Source: Bacteroidota bacterium (lineage in GTDB: Bacteria > Bacteroidota > Bacteroidia > Bacteroidales > UBA7960). Taken from it: a stretch of DNA of 64,000 nt. The position numbers and the translations under genes were made by a program. Positions 50,177 through 61,730 of the stretch are shown piece by piece. Each line of letters begins with the position of its first letter. The stretch's first letter is position 1. Where the stretch lies: NCBI GenBank assembly GCA_007693555.1, contig REDJ01000063.1, positions 9,062 through 73,061 of the forward strand. The letters are read 5' to 3'. The notes below the pieces were generated by a model that searched no databases, was not told the origin of the DNA, and saw only the letters and a program-made list of their open reading frames with translations.

Positions 50177-51055
50177 TTACTTCTCCCGTCCAAAGAGGAA
50201 AAGCAAAGGAATATGCACCCGTTCTTTCCAGGCTTTTTCTGAGTGATCGGCTCCTTCGAACTTTCGTGTAATCCATTCCTCATTTGATTGATATCCTTTT
50301 GCTTTCATGATGGAATCTACCTTAACCTGGTAGTTTTCATATCCGGCATCAAGTGTTTTGGTGCCAAAGTCAAAATAAATAAGATGATTGCCCGGATCAG
50401 GTAAATTTTTTTTAACATATTGAAGAAAAACACCGTCAAGTGCAGGCCAGTGAGTGGAGAGACATGCCGCACCCGCAAATGTCTCAGGGTACTCACAAAG
50501 TGCATAGAGTGAAATTAAGCCACCCATACTGGAACCCATAATAAAAGTATGTGCCTGCCCGGAATTCGTGTTATAAGCACTGTCAATAAACGGCTTTAAT
50601 TCATCTACTATAAATCTGAGATAATTGTCAGACAGGATTTCACCCTCCCAACCTTTACGGACAGCTTTTTTATTTACGAGTTCCTGTGGTTTTGCCGGCA
50701 TGTATTCCTGCATACGCATGGGGGTATTCCATATTGCCACAACAATTACAGGCCGGATTTCTTGCTCTTTTAGCAGAGAAACCATAACACTATCCAACTC
50801 CCATGCAACTCCACCGTAAGAAGTTTCAGGATTAAAAACATTTTGTCCGTCATGTATGTACAATACATCATAGGATTTGTTTTTTTCAGGGTAACCCGGA
50901 GGTAACATTACTTCTATGTTGCGTTTTTCAACAAAAGAAGATGGGAAATCGGGATTATGGTCAATCTGAACCGACTTATGTTTTTCTTTATTCATGCAGG
51001 AAATAAAAAAAAGGGTAAATGCAGATAAAAGAATGATTTTGATGCGGGGTTTCAT
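50177..51055 (-). CDS. secreted alpha/beta-hydrolase esterase (putative-esterase / esterase D-like family)
   Basis: 292 aa with a lipoprotein-type signal (LFFISC) and the nucleophile elbow GSSMGG. The C-terminus carries Asp/His candidates (EGADH). Confidence 0.8.
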   Translation of the reverse strand: MKPRIKIILLSAFTLFFISCMNKEKHKSVQIDHNPDFPSSFVEKRNIEVMLPPGYPEKNKSYDVLYIHDGQNVFNPETSYGGVAWELDSVMVSLLKEQEIRPVIVVAIWNTPMRMQEYMPAKPQELVNKKAVRKGWEGEILSDNYLRFIVDELKPFIDSAYNTNSGQAHTFIMGSSMGGLISLYALCEYPETFAGAACLSTHWPALDGVFLQYVKKNLPDPGNHLIYFDFGTKTLDAGYENYQVKVDSIMKAKGYQSNEEWITRKFEGADHSEKAWKERVHIPLLFLFGREK

Positions 51056-51134
51056 TCGAATAAAATCTTAAGCAATTAAAATATTCTAAAGAAAATCAAA
51101 TATATCAAATAAATGAATTCAAACCCCTTGTCAT

Positions 51135-51836
51135 TTATACTTTTAATGAACTCATTCCTCCATCCACACCTATTATCTGACCTGTTATCCAGCCGGCTTC
51201 ATCGCTTAAAAGAAATGCTGCCATTGAAGCAATATCTGATGGGTTTCCGACCCTTTTCAGGGGATGACGTTGTGCAGAAGACTGTTTCCGGTCATCGCTG
51301 CTCAATAGTCTGCCTGCCAAAGGAGTATCAGTTAGTGAAGGGGCAATTGCATTAACTCTAATACCGGGAGCAAGTTCGGCAGCCAGTGACCGGGTTAAGC
51401 CTTCAATTGCACCTTTGGCCATGCTTATGGAAGCATGGTAGGGCATTCCCTGCTGAACTGCCACAGTACTAAAAAAAACAACAGATGCAGAAGATGCCGC
51501 TTTTAATTTTTTCAGAACCGACTGAAACACTTTAAAGGCTCCCAATGCATTGAGCTCAAATTCTTCAATTACATCTGAAGACTTCAACCCTCTTATTGGT
51601 TTCAGATTTATACTACCCGGGCAGTAAACCATTCCATCCAGTTTTTCAGGAAGAAAATCCATATCGGGATCATCTTTCGTCACGTCAAATGACTTCCAGT
51701 GTATATTGTCATTTTCGGGTAAATCACCACGGCTGCGACTTAGTGCAAAAATCTGATAATTATTTGTTTTGCTTAATCTTTGTGCCAAATCAAGACCTAT
51801 TCCTGAACTGGCACCAACAATCATAATATTTTTCAT
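51135..51836 (-). CDS. short-chain dehydrogenase/reductase (SDR)
   Basis: 233 aa with the cofactor motif VGASSGIG, and the catalytic Tyr/Lys in YHASISMAKGA. Confidence 0.88.
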   Translation of the reverse strand: MKNIMIVGASSGIGLDLAQRLSKTNNYQIFALSRSRGDLPENDNIHWKSFDVTKDDPDMDFLPEKLDGMVYCPGSINLKPIRGLKSSDVIEEFELNALGAFKVFQSVLKKLKAASSASVVFFSTVAVQQGMPYHASISMAKGAIEGLTRSLAAELAPGIRVNAIAPSLTDTPLAGRLLSSDDRKQSSAQRHPLKRVGNPSDIASMAAFLLSDEAGWITGQIIGVDGGMSSLKV

Positions 51837-52158
51837 TATACTTTATATGGTTTTTATTCGAAATCTGATAACCTTGTTTTAATGTATAACAAACCGATAT
51901 CCTGGTATGAAAGTTCAAAAATAAAATCAAGTTAATTGGAGTTTTGTAAAAACATAAATATCCTGAAAAGTATATCCCTCCTCTAACCTATGTAATCATA
52001 AGACATAATAATTTTTAATTTTTTTCTGTTTTTAAAAACAAAACCTTAATTTTGGCCTTCTATCAGGCAAGCTATGTAGTATATCTTTGAATTTGTAATG
52101 ATTTGATTAAAAAGCGGTTTTACAGAAGGACTCAATTCTATTCTAAAAGAAAAAATTA

Positions 52159-52908
52159 GTGGCAGACAGTTTAATCATCATCCCTACTTACAAGGAAAAG
52201 GAGAATATTGAAAATATTATCCGGAGAATTTTTTCTCTTGAAAAGCCATTTCATATCCTTGTTATTGATGACAACTCACCTGATGGTACCGCCGAAATCG
52301 TACAAAAACTGTTACCCGAGTTTTCAAAAAGGCTTTTCCTGGAAACACGCAAAGGCAAACTTGGACTGGGTACTGCCTATATCTTTGGGTTTAAATGGGC
52401 ATTGAAAAAAGGATATGAATACATTTTTGAGATGGATGCCGATTTTTCACATAACCCCGATGACCTGATAAAGTTATATAATGCCTGCGCCGTTGAAGGC
52501 TATGACCTTGCCATCGGCTCACGTTATATTAATGGTGTTAATGTGGTAAACTGGCCCATGGGAAGAGTGCTCATGTCGTATTATGCTTCGACCTATGTGC
52601 GCATGATTACCAGGATGAAAGTAAGGGACACCACCGCCGGATTTAAATGCTATAATCGCAGAGTACTTGAAGCAATCAATCTTGATAAGATCAACTTTAC
52701 CGGTTATGCATTTCAGATTGAAATGAAATATATCACCTGGAAGCTGGGCTTCAAAATAAAGGAAATATCTATTATTTTCACCGACCGTACCAGTGGTGTA
52801 TCCAAAATGAGTAAAGGTATTTTCAAAGAAGCCGTTCTGGGAGTTATTACTTTACGCATGCGCGGTATTCTTGGAAGATACAAGAAATTTGAGGGTAGCA
52901 ATGTTTAA
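52159..52908 (+). CDS. GT2 polyprenol-phosphate mannosyltransferase (Dpm1-like)
   Basis: 249 aa with IIIPTYKEKENI, VIDDNSPDGT and EMDADFSH (DXD). The start codon is GTG. Confidence 0.88.
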   Translation: MADSLIIIPTYKEKENIENIIRRIFSLEKPFHILVIDDNSPDGTAEIVQKLLPEFSKRLFLETRKGKLGLGTAYIFGFKWALKKGYEYIFEMDADFSHNPDDLIKLYNACAVEGYDLAIGSRYINGVNVVNWPMGRVLMSYYASTYVRMITRMKVRDTTAGFKCYNRRVLEAINLDKINFTGYAFQIEMKYITWKLGFKIKEISIIFTDRTSGVSKMSKGIFKEAVLGVITLRMRGILGRYKKFEGSNV

Positions 52909-52940
52909 CCCATCTTCTCCATTTTTAAAGTAATTTTCTT

Positions 52941-54290
52941 ATGCCATCAAAAACTCTCATTACGAATGCACAAATCGTAAATGAAGGACGTATTTTTAAA
53001 GGAAGTGTCCTCATTGCAGATGACCTGATTGACCGGGTATTTGAGACCGCCCCGGATATTTCTTCACTGGGAAACATAAATCTTATTGATGCTAATGGTT
53101 CGTGGCTCATACCCGGCATCATTGATGACCAGGTACATTTTCGTGAACCCGGCCTCACACATAAAGCTGAGATTTTAACGGAATCAAGAGCTGCTGTTGC
53201 AGGTGGGATAACTTCCTTTATGGAAATGCCCAATACCCTCCCTCAGGCCACCAACCTGGAAAATCTGGAACAAAAATTCAGTATCGCTGTAAAAAACAGC
53301 TTTGCCAATTATTCCTTTTACATGGGTGCAACCAATGATAATTTAGCTGAACTGGAAAAAATTGATCCTGCCAGGGTATGTGGTATAAAAGTATTTATGG
53401 GTTCATCTACCGGCAATATGCTTGTGGACGATCAGAAAGCCCTGGAAGATATATTCATACATGCAAAAACACTTGTAGCAACCCATTGCGAAGATGAATC
53501 AACAATTAAAGAAAATCTGAAGATATTCAAAGATAAATACGGAGACAACATCCGGCCATGGCATCACCCACAAATACGAAATCATCAGGCATGTTTTTTA
53601 TCATCAAAAAGGGCAGTGGACCTGGCATTAAAGCACAAAACCCGTTTGCATGTACTTCATCTTTCTACAGCAGATGAGATTTCACTATTCAGCAATGAAA
53701 CCCCATTATCCAAAAAGCATATTACCGGCGAAGTTTGCATTCACCATTTATGGTTCACTGAAGAGGATTATCATACAAAAGGCAATTTCATAAAATGGAA
53801 TCCTGCAGTTAAACAAAAATCTGACAGGGAAGCTCTCTGGATGGCATTGAGGGACAATATTCTTGATGTTGTTGCAACAGACCATGCTCCACACCTGCAG
53901 GAAGAGAAACAAAACCCATATTTATCTGCACCCTCCGGTGGCCCCCTTGTACAACACTCTTTGCAGGCCATGGCCGATGCATGCCTGGAAAGAAATATTC
54001 CTATGCATCAATTGGTAAGCTGGATGTGTCATAACCCTGCAATGGCATTTAAAGTTTCTCAAAGAGGCTTTATCCGCGAAGGTTACTTTGCCGACCTGGT
54101 TTTGTTGTCTCCTTCAAAAAAATATACAGTTTCCAAAAGCAATTTACTATACAAATGCGGATGGTCTCCTTTTGAAAACCATACCTTTGGCACAACTCCC
54201 ACGCATACATTTATAAACGGAGAACTGGTTTTTGATCATGGCAGTTTTTCGGAAAATTTCAGAGGAAGGCCATTATTCTTTGACCGTTGA
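52941..54290 (+). CDS. pyrC: dihydroorotase (class I, allantoinase-like)
   Basis: 449 aa with the metal-binding DDQVHFREPG, and with HCED and ATDHAPH. Confidence 0.85.
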   Translation: MPSKTLITNAQIVNEGRIFKGSVLIADDLIDRVFETAPDISSLGNINLIDANGSWLIPGIIDDQVHFREPGLTHKAEILTESRAAVAGGITSFMEMPNTLPQATNLENLEQKFSIAVKNSFANYSFYMGATNDNLAELEKIDPARVCGIKVFMGSSTGNMLVDDQKALEDIFIHAKTLVATHCEDESTIKENLKIFKDKYGDNIRPWHHPQIRNHQACFLSSKRAVDLALKHKTRLHVLHLSTADEISLFSNETPLSKKHITGEVCIHHLWFTEEDYHTKGNFIKWNPAVKQKSDREALWMALRDNILDVVATDHAPHLQEEKQNPYLSAPSGGPLVQHSLQAMADACLERNIPMHQLVSWMCHNPAMAFKVSQRGFIREGYFADLVLLSPSKKYTVSKSNLLYKCGWSPFENHTFGTTPTHTFINGELVFDHGSFSENFRGRPLFFDR

Positions 54291-55469
54291 TAATTTTCGG
54301 TTCCTTAATTCGTAAAACAAGAAGAAAATTCCCGTAAAAAAAATTACAAGCCCGATAATGAAAAAGGTTTGATGTATATTACTGGCCTTAACCAGTGGCT
54401 GCAAAGCAATGGGAGAAGCAAACATGCCCAAAAACAGAAACATATTCAGGTAACCCACCAGTCTGCCGCGCATATCAGGCGGAGCAAGAGAAATAAGCCA
54501 TAAGTTCAGATTGGGCAGCATAAGCCCAAATCCCAATCCGCAAAAAATTATACCCAATATCATTACATAATAATTTGCTGACTGGCTTATGACCATATAA
54601 CCCACAAATACCAGCATGTAAACCATAAACAGGATGGCTGGAAAGCTGAATTTCCGTCGCACTCTGCCATAATTTACAGATGTTGTAACCGAAGCAACGT
54701 TCATAAATGCTATTGCAAAACCTATCCGTGCATTGGTAACACCTTCAATGTCGCTAAGCATAAAAGGCATCTGCACGGGTATCATGTAAAAAACAATGGC
54801 CGAAAAGAATGTTATAATGTACACAAAGATTATAATACCAGGAATTTTTGTTCCATTGTTGACAGAAGAACCTGCTCCTGATTTTGGGGTGGATTCAATT
54901 TTTTTCTGAGGTTCACTAACCGATACATATGACATTACCCATAAAACGAGCGATACAATATATAGCACAAAAGGCATTCTCCAGTTGATATCAGCAAGCA
55001 CTCCACCGAGAGAAATAAAAATGAGTCCGCCAAGACCGGCAAATGCAGCTTGCAAACCCATAAATCTGCTACGCTCTTCTCCTTCAAAATAATCGCCAAT
55101 CAGAGTAATTACTGCAGTAATGAGTCCTCCCACCGCAATACCCAGCAAAGCACGTCCTGCAAGTATCCAGTAAAGATTGTGCAGATATAAACCAGTTGTG
55201 CCGGCAACCGCATAAAGAATAAGAGAAAAAAGTAAAACTTTCCTGCGCCCGACCCTATCGGTAAAATAACCCGCAATAGGTGCCAGTATTCCCATGAAAA
55301 GAGCAGGCAAGGTAAGAACAAGCCGGCTTAACAATTCAATTCCGGCTACATCTGCAAATTCACGGCTTATCAAAGGCAAGGCAGGAGCAACAATTGCACC
55401 AGCCATTACTGTTAAAGTGCTGCCAACTAAAAGACTTGCCTTGCGTAAGCCTGAATATTTATCTGACAT
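54273..55469 (-). CDS. MFS transporter
   Basis: 398 aa with 12 TM segments and the MFS loop motif GYFTDRVGRRKV. Its 3' end overlaps pyrC by 18 nt in convergent orientation. Confidence 0.88.
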   Translation of the reverse strand: MSDKYSGLRKASLLVGSTLTVMAGAIVAPALPLISREFADVAGIELLSRLVLTLPALFMGILAPIAGYFTDRVGRRKVLLFSLILYAVAGTTGLYLHNLYWILAGRALLGIAVGGLITAVITLIGDYFEGEERSRFMGLQAAFAGLGGLIFISLGGVLADINWRMPFVLYIVSLVLWVMSYVSVSEPQKKIESTPKSGAGSSVNNGTKIPGIIIFVYIITFFSAIVFYMIPVQMPFMLSDIEGVTNARIGFAIAFMNVASVTTSVNYGRVRRKFSFPAILFMVYMLVFVGYMVISQSANYYVMILGIIFCGLGFGLMLPNLNLWLISLAPPDMRGRLVGYLNMFLFLGMFASPIALQPLVKASNIHQTFFIIGLVIFFTGIFFLFYELRNRKLSTVKE

Positions 55470-55486
55470 CAGATTTCATAAATGTA

Positions 55487-56074
55487 TCATGAAGAAACAG
55501 GCAGTTTTTCAAAAATTGTTTCTGCCTCCTCAAAGTATTTATCAATTTCAGCCTCTGAAATTCCATGAATGGAAGTGAAATAAAACTGCCTGATTATTTC
55601 TATTCCGCAAAAACCAAATATTCCCTGGGTATTAATAACATCCATTGACTGAAACATTCCGTTTTCATAATCTGACTTTGACTGACCCAATGAATTCATA
55701 ATGACCGCTTTCTTATCATTAAGCAATGGATAAGGGCCCTTACCATTAGAACCATATGCAAAACCCCATGAGAAAACCTTATCAATATACCCTTTCATTA
55801 TTGCTGGCATTCCACCCCACCAAACCGGGTATATAAATAACAAAACGTCGGCCCACTTTATAAAGTCCTGTTCCTTTTTTATATCTTCAGGTGGGTTGCC
55901 CGATGATATCATCTCAAAATCACGGGTTCGCAATACCGGATCAAAATTCATCTGGTACAAATCACGCACTACCAGCTCATTTCCGGTTTGAAGGGCCTTT
56001 TGCTTCAATCTTTCAAGTAAACGGTGATTAAAATTTTGGGTATGATGATTACTGTAGATAATTAAAATTTTCAT
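55487..56074 (-). CDS. NAD(P)H dehydrogenase (quinone)-like flavodoxin-fold protein
   Basis: 195 aa with MKILIIYSNHH...WADVLLFIYPVWWGGMPAIMKGYIDKVF, the Flavodoxin_2 pattern. Confidence 0.85.
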   Translation of the reverse strand: MKILIIYSNHHTQNFNHRLLERLKQKALQTGNELVVRDLYQMNFDPVLRTRDFEMISSGNPPEDIKKEQDFIKWADVLLFIYPVWWGGMPAIMKGYIDKVFSWGFAYGSNGKGPYPLLNDKKAVIMNSLGQSKSDYENGMFQSMDVINTQGIFGFCGIEIIRQFYFTSIHGISEAEIDKYFEEAETIFEKLPVSS

Positions 56075-56471
56075 AAGTGATCTTGTGTTTTCTTTTTAAT
56101 AATAACCAAAAGCATTTAAAACGGCATATTGTTCAAAATAAGTCAAAATAAACCCGAAACATATTATCGTAAAAATAACTGTCTCTTAATGAAAAATTAT
56201 TTCCTTTTTCAAATACTTTAAGTCATTAAAATTACACATTAAACAAATTTGATACAGAAAACGTTTGCTGATATATTTTGTTTAACTTTTATACTAATTT
56301 AATTAAACAATTTTATTAAAGAATTTTTTCATTTTTTTCACTTTTATATCTCTGAAACTTTATTTATATTTGGTCTAAATAAAAATAAGGCATTACAATT
56401 TAACCATATAACTGATTAACAATTTAATATAAAATAATAAACATTATAAAATTCAATAAAATTATATAGAT

Positions 56472-56756
56472 ATGAGAAAAAATATATTAACAACCGCAAT
56501 GATTTTGGGAAGTATCGGAGCCCAGGCAGGCTCATTTAATTTCACTACTAAAAAATTTCCTTTGGAACTAACCGGAGGAGAGCAAATTGAAATCAATTTA
56601 CAAATTGAACAACCTCAGCAGGAGTACACTGAAAATATATTAAATGTATCTGAAGGCCTGGGAAAGCAAACTCTTGATCATGAGAATATGATAGAATTAC
56701 TTAACAGAATAAGAATAGTGGAACAAGAGGTTGAGGAAGATTTACCGGTAATATAA
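56472..56756 (+). CDS. hypothetical small secreted protein
   Basis: 94 aa with signal peptide MRKNILTTAMILGSIGAQAG and an acidic mature part. A terminator follows. No family recognised. Confidence 0.5.
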   Translation: MRKNILTTAMILGSIGAQAGSFNFTTKKFPLELTGGEQIEINLQIEQPQQEYTENILNVSEGLGKQTLDHENMIELLNRIRIVEQEVEEDLPVI

Positions 56757-56787
56757 CCAGAATAAAGAGTTTAATTTAATTTTAATA

Positions 56788-56819
56788 AAATGCCGGGCTA
56801 ATATTTACCGGCATTTTTT
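56788..56819 (+). terminator. rho-independent terminator
   Basis: aaatgccgg / ccggcattt stem with an 11-nt loop, then a T-run. Confidence 0.75.
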
Positions 56820-56935
56820 ATATTAAACAAATCCGAAATACAGTTGCTATGTGTTTTGAAACAAAAACATAACATAAATCGTTTAATGGTAGATATAAAA
56901 TATTTTTTTAATCCAAATGATTAAAATTTATAATC

Positions 56936-57583
56936 ATGGAAGAGAGCAAAAGCTTAACCCGGTTAAATAACACGGTAAAAACGATCGAAAGATATATTAT
57001 AAAGACACTCATAGGCTTAATGACCCTTTTGCTTGTGATAGCCACTGTTCAATTGGGTTATATGGTATTTAAGAGTATAATAGAATCTGAAGTCTTTATT
57101 ATGGATTTGAATGTACTGATGGATCTGTTCGGTGTTTTTCTGCTGGTTCTTATTGGCATTGAGTTGCTTGATACCATCAAGGTATATTTTAAGAAGCATG
57201 ATATTCATGTTGAGGTAGTAATGCTGGTGGCTTTAATAGCAGTTGCCAGAAAAATAATACTTATGGATATTGACAAATATACCGGATTTGAAATTTTGGG
57301 AGTAGCAGGAATTGTAATAGCATTGGCCCTTGGTTATTATTTTATAAAGAAAGCAGGTGGCTGTGGTTTCTGGCCGAGGGAAAAAGAAACTGTAAAAGAT
57401 GTTGTTGTTGAAGAAACGGAATTTGATAAAGATGGAAAAACCAAACTTGCAGAACGGAAAAAAACCCTTACGGAAAAAAATATTGAAGAGCAGGTTGAAC
57501 CTGATTTGAAAAGTGGTTATACGGGTCCTAAGGATAAAATCATTGAAAGAGACATAGAGCAGGAAAAAGATAAGCGTAAGTAG
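56936..57583 (+). CDS. PsiE-like (phosphate-starvation-inducible E family) membrane protein with charged C-terminal extension
   Basis: 215 aa with four TM helices. The pattern LFGVFLLVLIGIELLDTIKVYFKKH.IHVEVVMLVALIAVARKII is PsiE-like. Confidence 0.6.
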   Translation: MEESKSLTRLNNTVKTIERYIIKTLIGLMTLLLVIATVQLGYMVFKSIIESEVFIMDLNVLMDLFGVFLLVLIGIELLDTIKVYFKKHDIHVEVVMLVALIAVARKIILMDIDKYTGFEILGVAGIVIALALGYYFIKKAGGCGFWPREKETVKDVVVEETEFDKDGKTKLAERKKTLTEKNIEEQVEPDLKSGYTGPKDKIIERDIEQEKDKRK

Positions 57584-57611
57584 CATTATCATAAATTTTA
57601 TTTTTTATCAG

Positions 57612-57770
57612 TAGTGTCCGGTAAGAATAAATTGATGGAATAATTTGAATTGAGATTGGCTTCGCCGAGATTACGGTTCCTCGCTCCCTTCAGAATGAAA
57701 GATACTGATGTGTTTAAGGGCGGGGGTTGGTGGAAGCGAAGCTAAATCTCGGAAGTTTTACAGGACACTA
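57612..57770 (+). other. structured GC-rich intergenic element bounded by an 8-bp inverted repeat
   Basis: The outer pair is tagtgtcc (57612..57619) and ggacacta (57763..57770). Inner complementary pairs are gcttcgc (57659..57665) with gcgaagc (57736..57742), and cgagatt (57666..57672) with aatctcg (57745..57751). Confidence 0.4.
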
Positions 57771-57786
57771 TAGATTTTTTATTATA

Positions 57787-57810
57787 AAAGGGTGTAAAGC
57801 CCTTTTTTTT
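57787..57810 (+). terminator. rho-independent terminator
   Basis: aaaggg-tgtaaag-cccttt stem-loop followed by a T-run. Confidence 0.7.
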
Positions 57811-57960
57811 ATAATCAGTCCCGGCAGATTTACATCACATGAACAATTGACTGAATAAAGAGTAATAAACCACAAAATAAAAGCTTTAATTTGCTGCCTT
57901 TTTGATAATCTTTTCTTACTTTCGCATGCGGAAAAAAGTCTTATCAAAAAGAAGCCTTAA

Positions 57961-59592
<1,632 letters not shown>

Positions 59593-59700
59593 TTGATTAA
59601 CATTTTGTACTTTTGGAGGATTATTTTTGTAGGCCTCCAGGCCAAAAATCTGTCATATTTCAGATAATATATTCTAAACTTATCATAACTATCATAAATA

Positions 59701-61638
59701 ATGAACAGAGATAACATTATTGGTCTGATTTTAATCTTTGTAATTTTAATCGGGTTCAGTATACTCAATACCCCTTCAGAAGAAGAAAGGGAACTTGCAC
59801 AAAGACAGAGAGACAGTATTGCTGCCCTCAGGGAAGAGCAACAGAGGCTACGAGAGGCTGAAGCAGCCAGAATTCCAGATACAGTCGATATTGAATCCAC
59901 CGAAGAAGTTGCCATAATCGAAAATGACACTATCAGGGAAGCTGCTCTCAGAGACAGATTGGGTTATTTTGCAGGTGCTGCAAGAGGTGAAGAAGAGTTT
60001 TTTACAATTGAAAATGAAGTCCTTAAGCTCATATTCAACAGCAAAGGAGGATTTCTGGAATCTATTGAACTTAAAGAATTCAATACCTGGGATCAAAGGC
60101 CTTTAAAACTGATATATGGCGATGATAATGTCTTTAACCTGCAGTTTTATTCAGTAAACAGACTGATCTCTACCAACGAACTTTATTTCACAGCCAATGC
60201 CGGCGATATTGACCTTACAACCCGGGACCAGCTAATTGTTAATCCTGGCAGTGAGCTGACATTTTCCATGAGGCTTTATCCTGATAACCACACACCTGAA
60301 ATGCCCAGATATCTGGAATTTGCATACGTAATTCGTGGTGATGGTTATAAGATTGATTTTAATATCAACACTGTGGGCCTTACAGATGTAATTGCTGCCA
60401 ATTCCACGTTTTTGAATCTTGACTGGCAAATGGACCTTCACCGCATGGAAAAAAGCCGGAGAAACGAGCTTAACGTAACTACGATATACTACAAATATTT
60501 TAACGATGATGTGGAGCGCCTTCGCGAAACACGTGACGTAACGGAGTCACTCAGAACTCCTGTGAGATGGATTTCCTTTAAGCAACAGTTCTTTTCAAGT
60601 ATTTTGATAGCAGGAAATAATTTCAGCAGTGCAGTTATCAGCACACGGTCATACGATGAGGTCCAGGATACCTTGCTCCGGAGAATGTCGGCCACAATTG
60701 AAATCCCATATAACAGCAGGGAAAACAATTTCATTCCCATGCATTTTTACTTCGGGCCCAATCATTTTAACACACTGAAAGCATATGACCTGAAACTGGA
60801 AGAACAGATTCCGCTGGGCTGGGCCCTTTTTGGTTGGATCAACCGCTTTATTGTTATCCCGGTATTTAATTATCTTGACGCCCGCAATCTTAGTTATGGT
60901 ATCATTATTTTGATACTGACGGTTATGCTGAAGCTGGTGTTGTTTCCAATTGCATTTAAGACCTATGTTTCCCAGGCCCGGATGCGAGTTCTGAAACCCG
61001 ATATTGAAGAACTCAATAAGAAATTTCCAAAAAAGGAAGATGCCATGAAAAAGCAACAGGCTACCATGGCATTGTATAAAAAAGCAGGTGTTAATCCTAT
61101 GGCAGGATGTGTACCCATGCTGTTGCAGTTTCCTTTTCTCATTGCCATGTTCCGGTTTTTCCCGGCTTCATTTGAGCTCAGACAGGAAGGATTCCTTTGG
61201 GCAGATGATCTCTCATCATATGATTCTATCCTTGACCTGCCATTTACCATTCCATGGTACGGTGATCACGTAAGTTTATTCACATTATTGATGGCCGGTT
61301 CTACAATAATTTACACACGCATGAACAGTCAGATGATGAACACCGGTGCACAGCAAATGCCCGGTATGAAAACCATGCTATATATCATGCCTGTGATGCT
61401 GCTGTTCATTTTTAACAGTTTTGCTTCAGGATTGAGTTATTACTATTTTCTGGCCAACGTAATCACTTTTGGACAGATGTATGCATTCCGGTTTATGATA
61501 GATGAAGAAAAAATTCATAAAAGGATAGAAGAAAACAAGAAAAAACCGGTTAAAAAATCCAGTTTCCAGAAAAGACTGGAGGAGATGACCAAAAAACAGC
61601 AGCAAATGCAGCAGCAACAAAGGAAGAAGAAAAAATAA
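59701..61638 (+). CDS. yidC: membrane protein insertase YidC (long Bacteroidota form)
   Basis: 645 aa with an N-terminal TM, a large periplasmic domain, a conserved core (YGIIILILTVMLKLVLFP, MALYKKAGVNPMAGCVPMLLQFP) and a Lys-rich tail. Confidence 0.95.
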   Translation: MNRDNIIGLILIFVILIGFSILNTPSEEERELAQRQRDSIAALREEQQRLREAEAARIPDTVDIESTEEVAIIENDTIREAALRDRLGYFAGAARGEEEFFTIENEVLKLIFNSKGGFLESIELKEFNTWDQRPLKLIYGDDNVFNLQFYSVNRLISTNELYFTANAGDIDLTTRDQLIVNPGSELTFSMRLYPDNHTPEMPRYLEFAYVIRGDGYKIDFNINTVGLTDVIAANSTFLNLDWQMDLHRMEKSRRNELNVTTIYYKYFNDDVERLRETRDVTESLRTPVRWISFKQQFFSSILIAGNNFSSAVISTRSYDEVQDTLLRRMSATIEIPYNSRENNFIPMHFYFGPNHFNTLKAYDLKLEEQIPLGWALFGWINRFIVIPVFNYLDARNLSYGIIILILTVMLKLVLFPIAFKTYVSQARMRVLKPDIEELNKKFPKKEDAMKKQQATMALYKKAGVNPMAGCVPMLLQFPFLIAMFRFFPASFELRQEGFLWADDLSSYDSILDLPFTIPWYGDHVSLFTLLMAGSTIIYTRMNSQMMNTGAQQMPGMKTMLYIMPVMLLFIFNSFASGLSYYYFLANVITFGQMYAFRFMIDEEKIHKRIEENKKKPVKKSSFQKRLEEMTKKQQQMQQQQRKKKK

Positions 61639-61730
61639 AATACTGTTTCCTTATATCTTTTGTTTTTACTTTCTCCATAAATATACGTTTTGCAATGTCC
61701 AGATACCGTTGATTGTTCTTAACATATACC

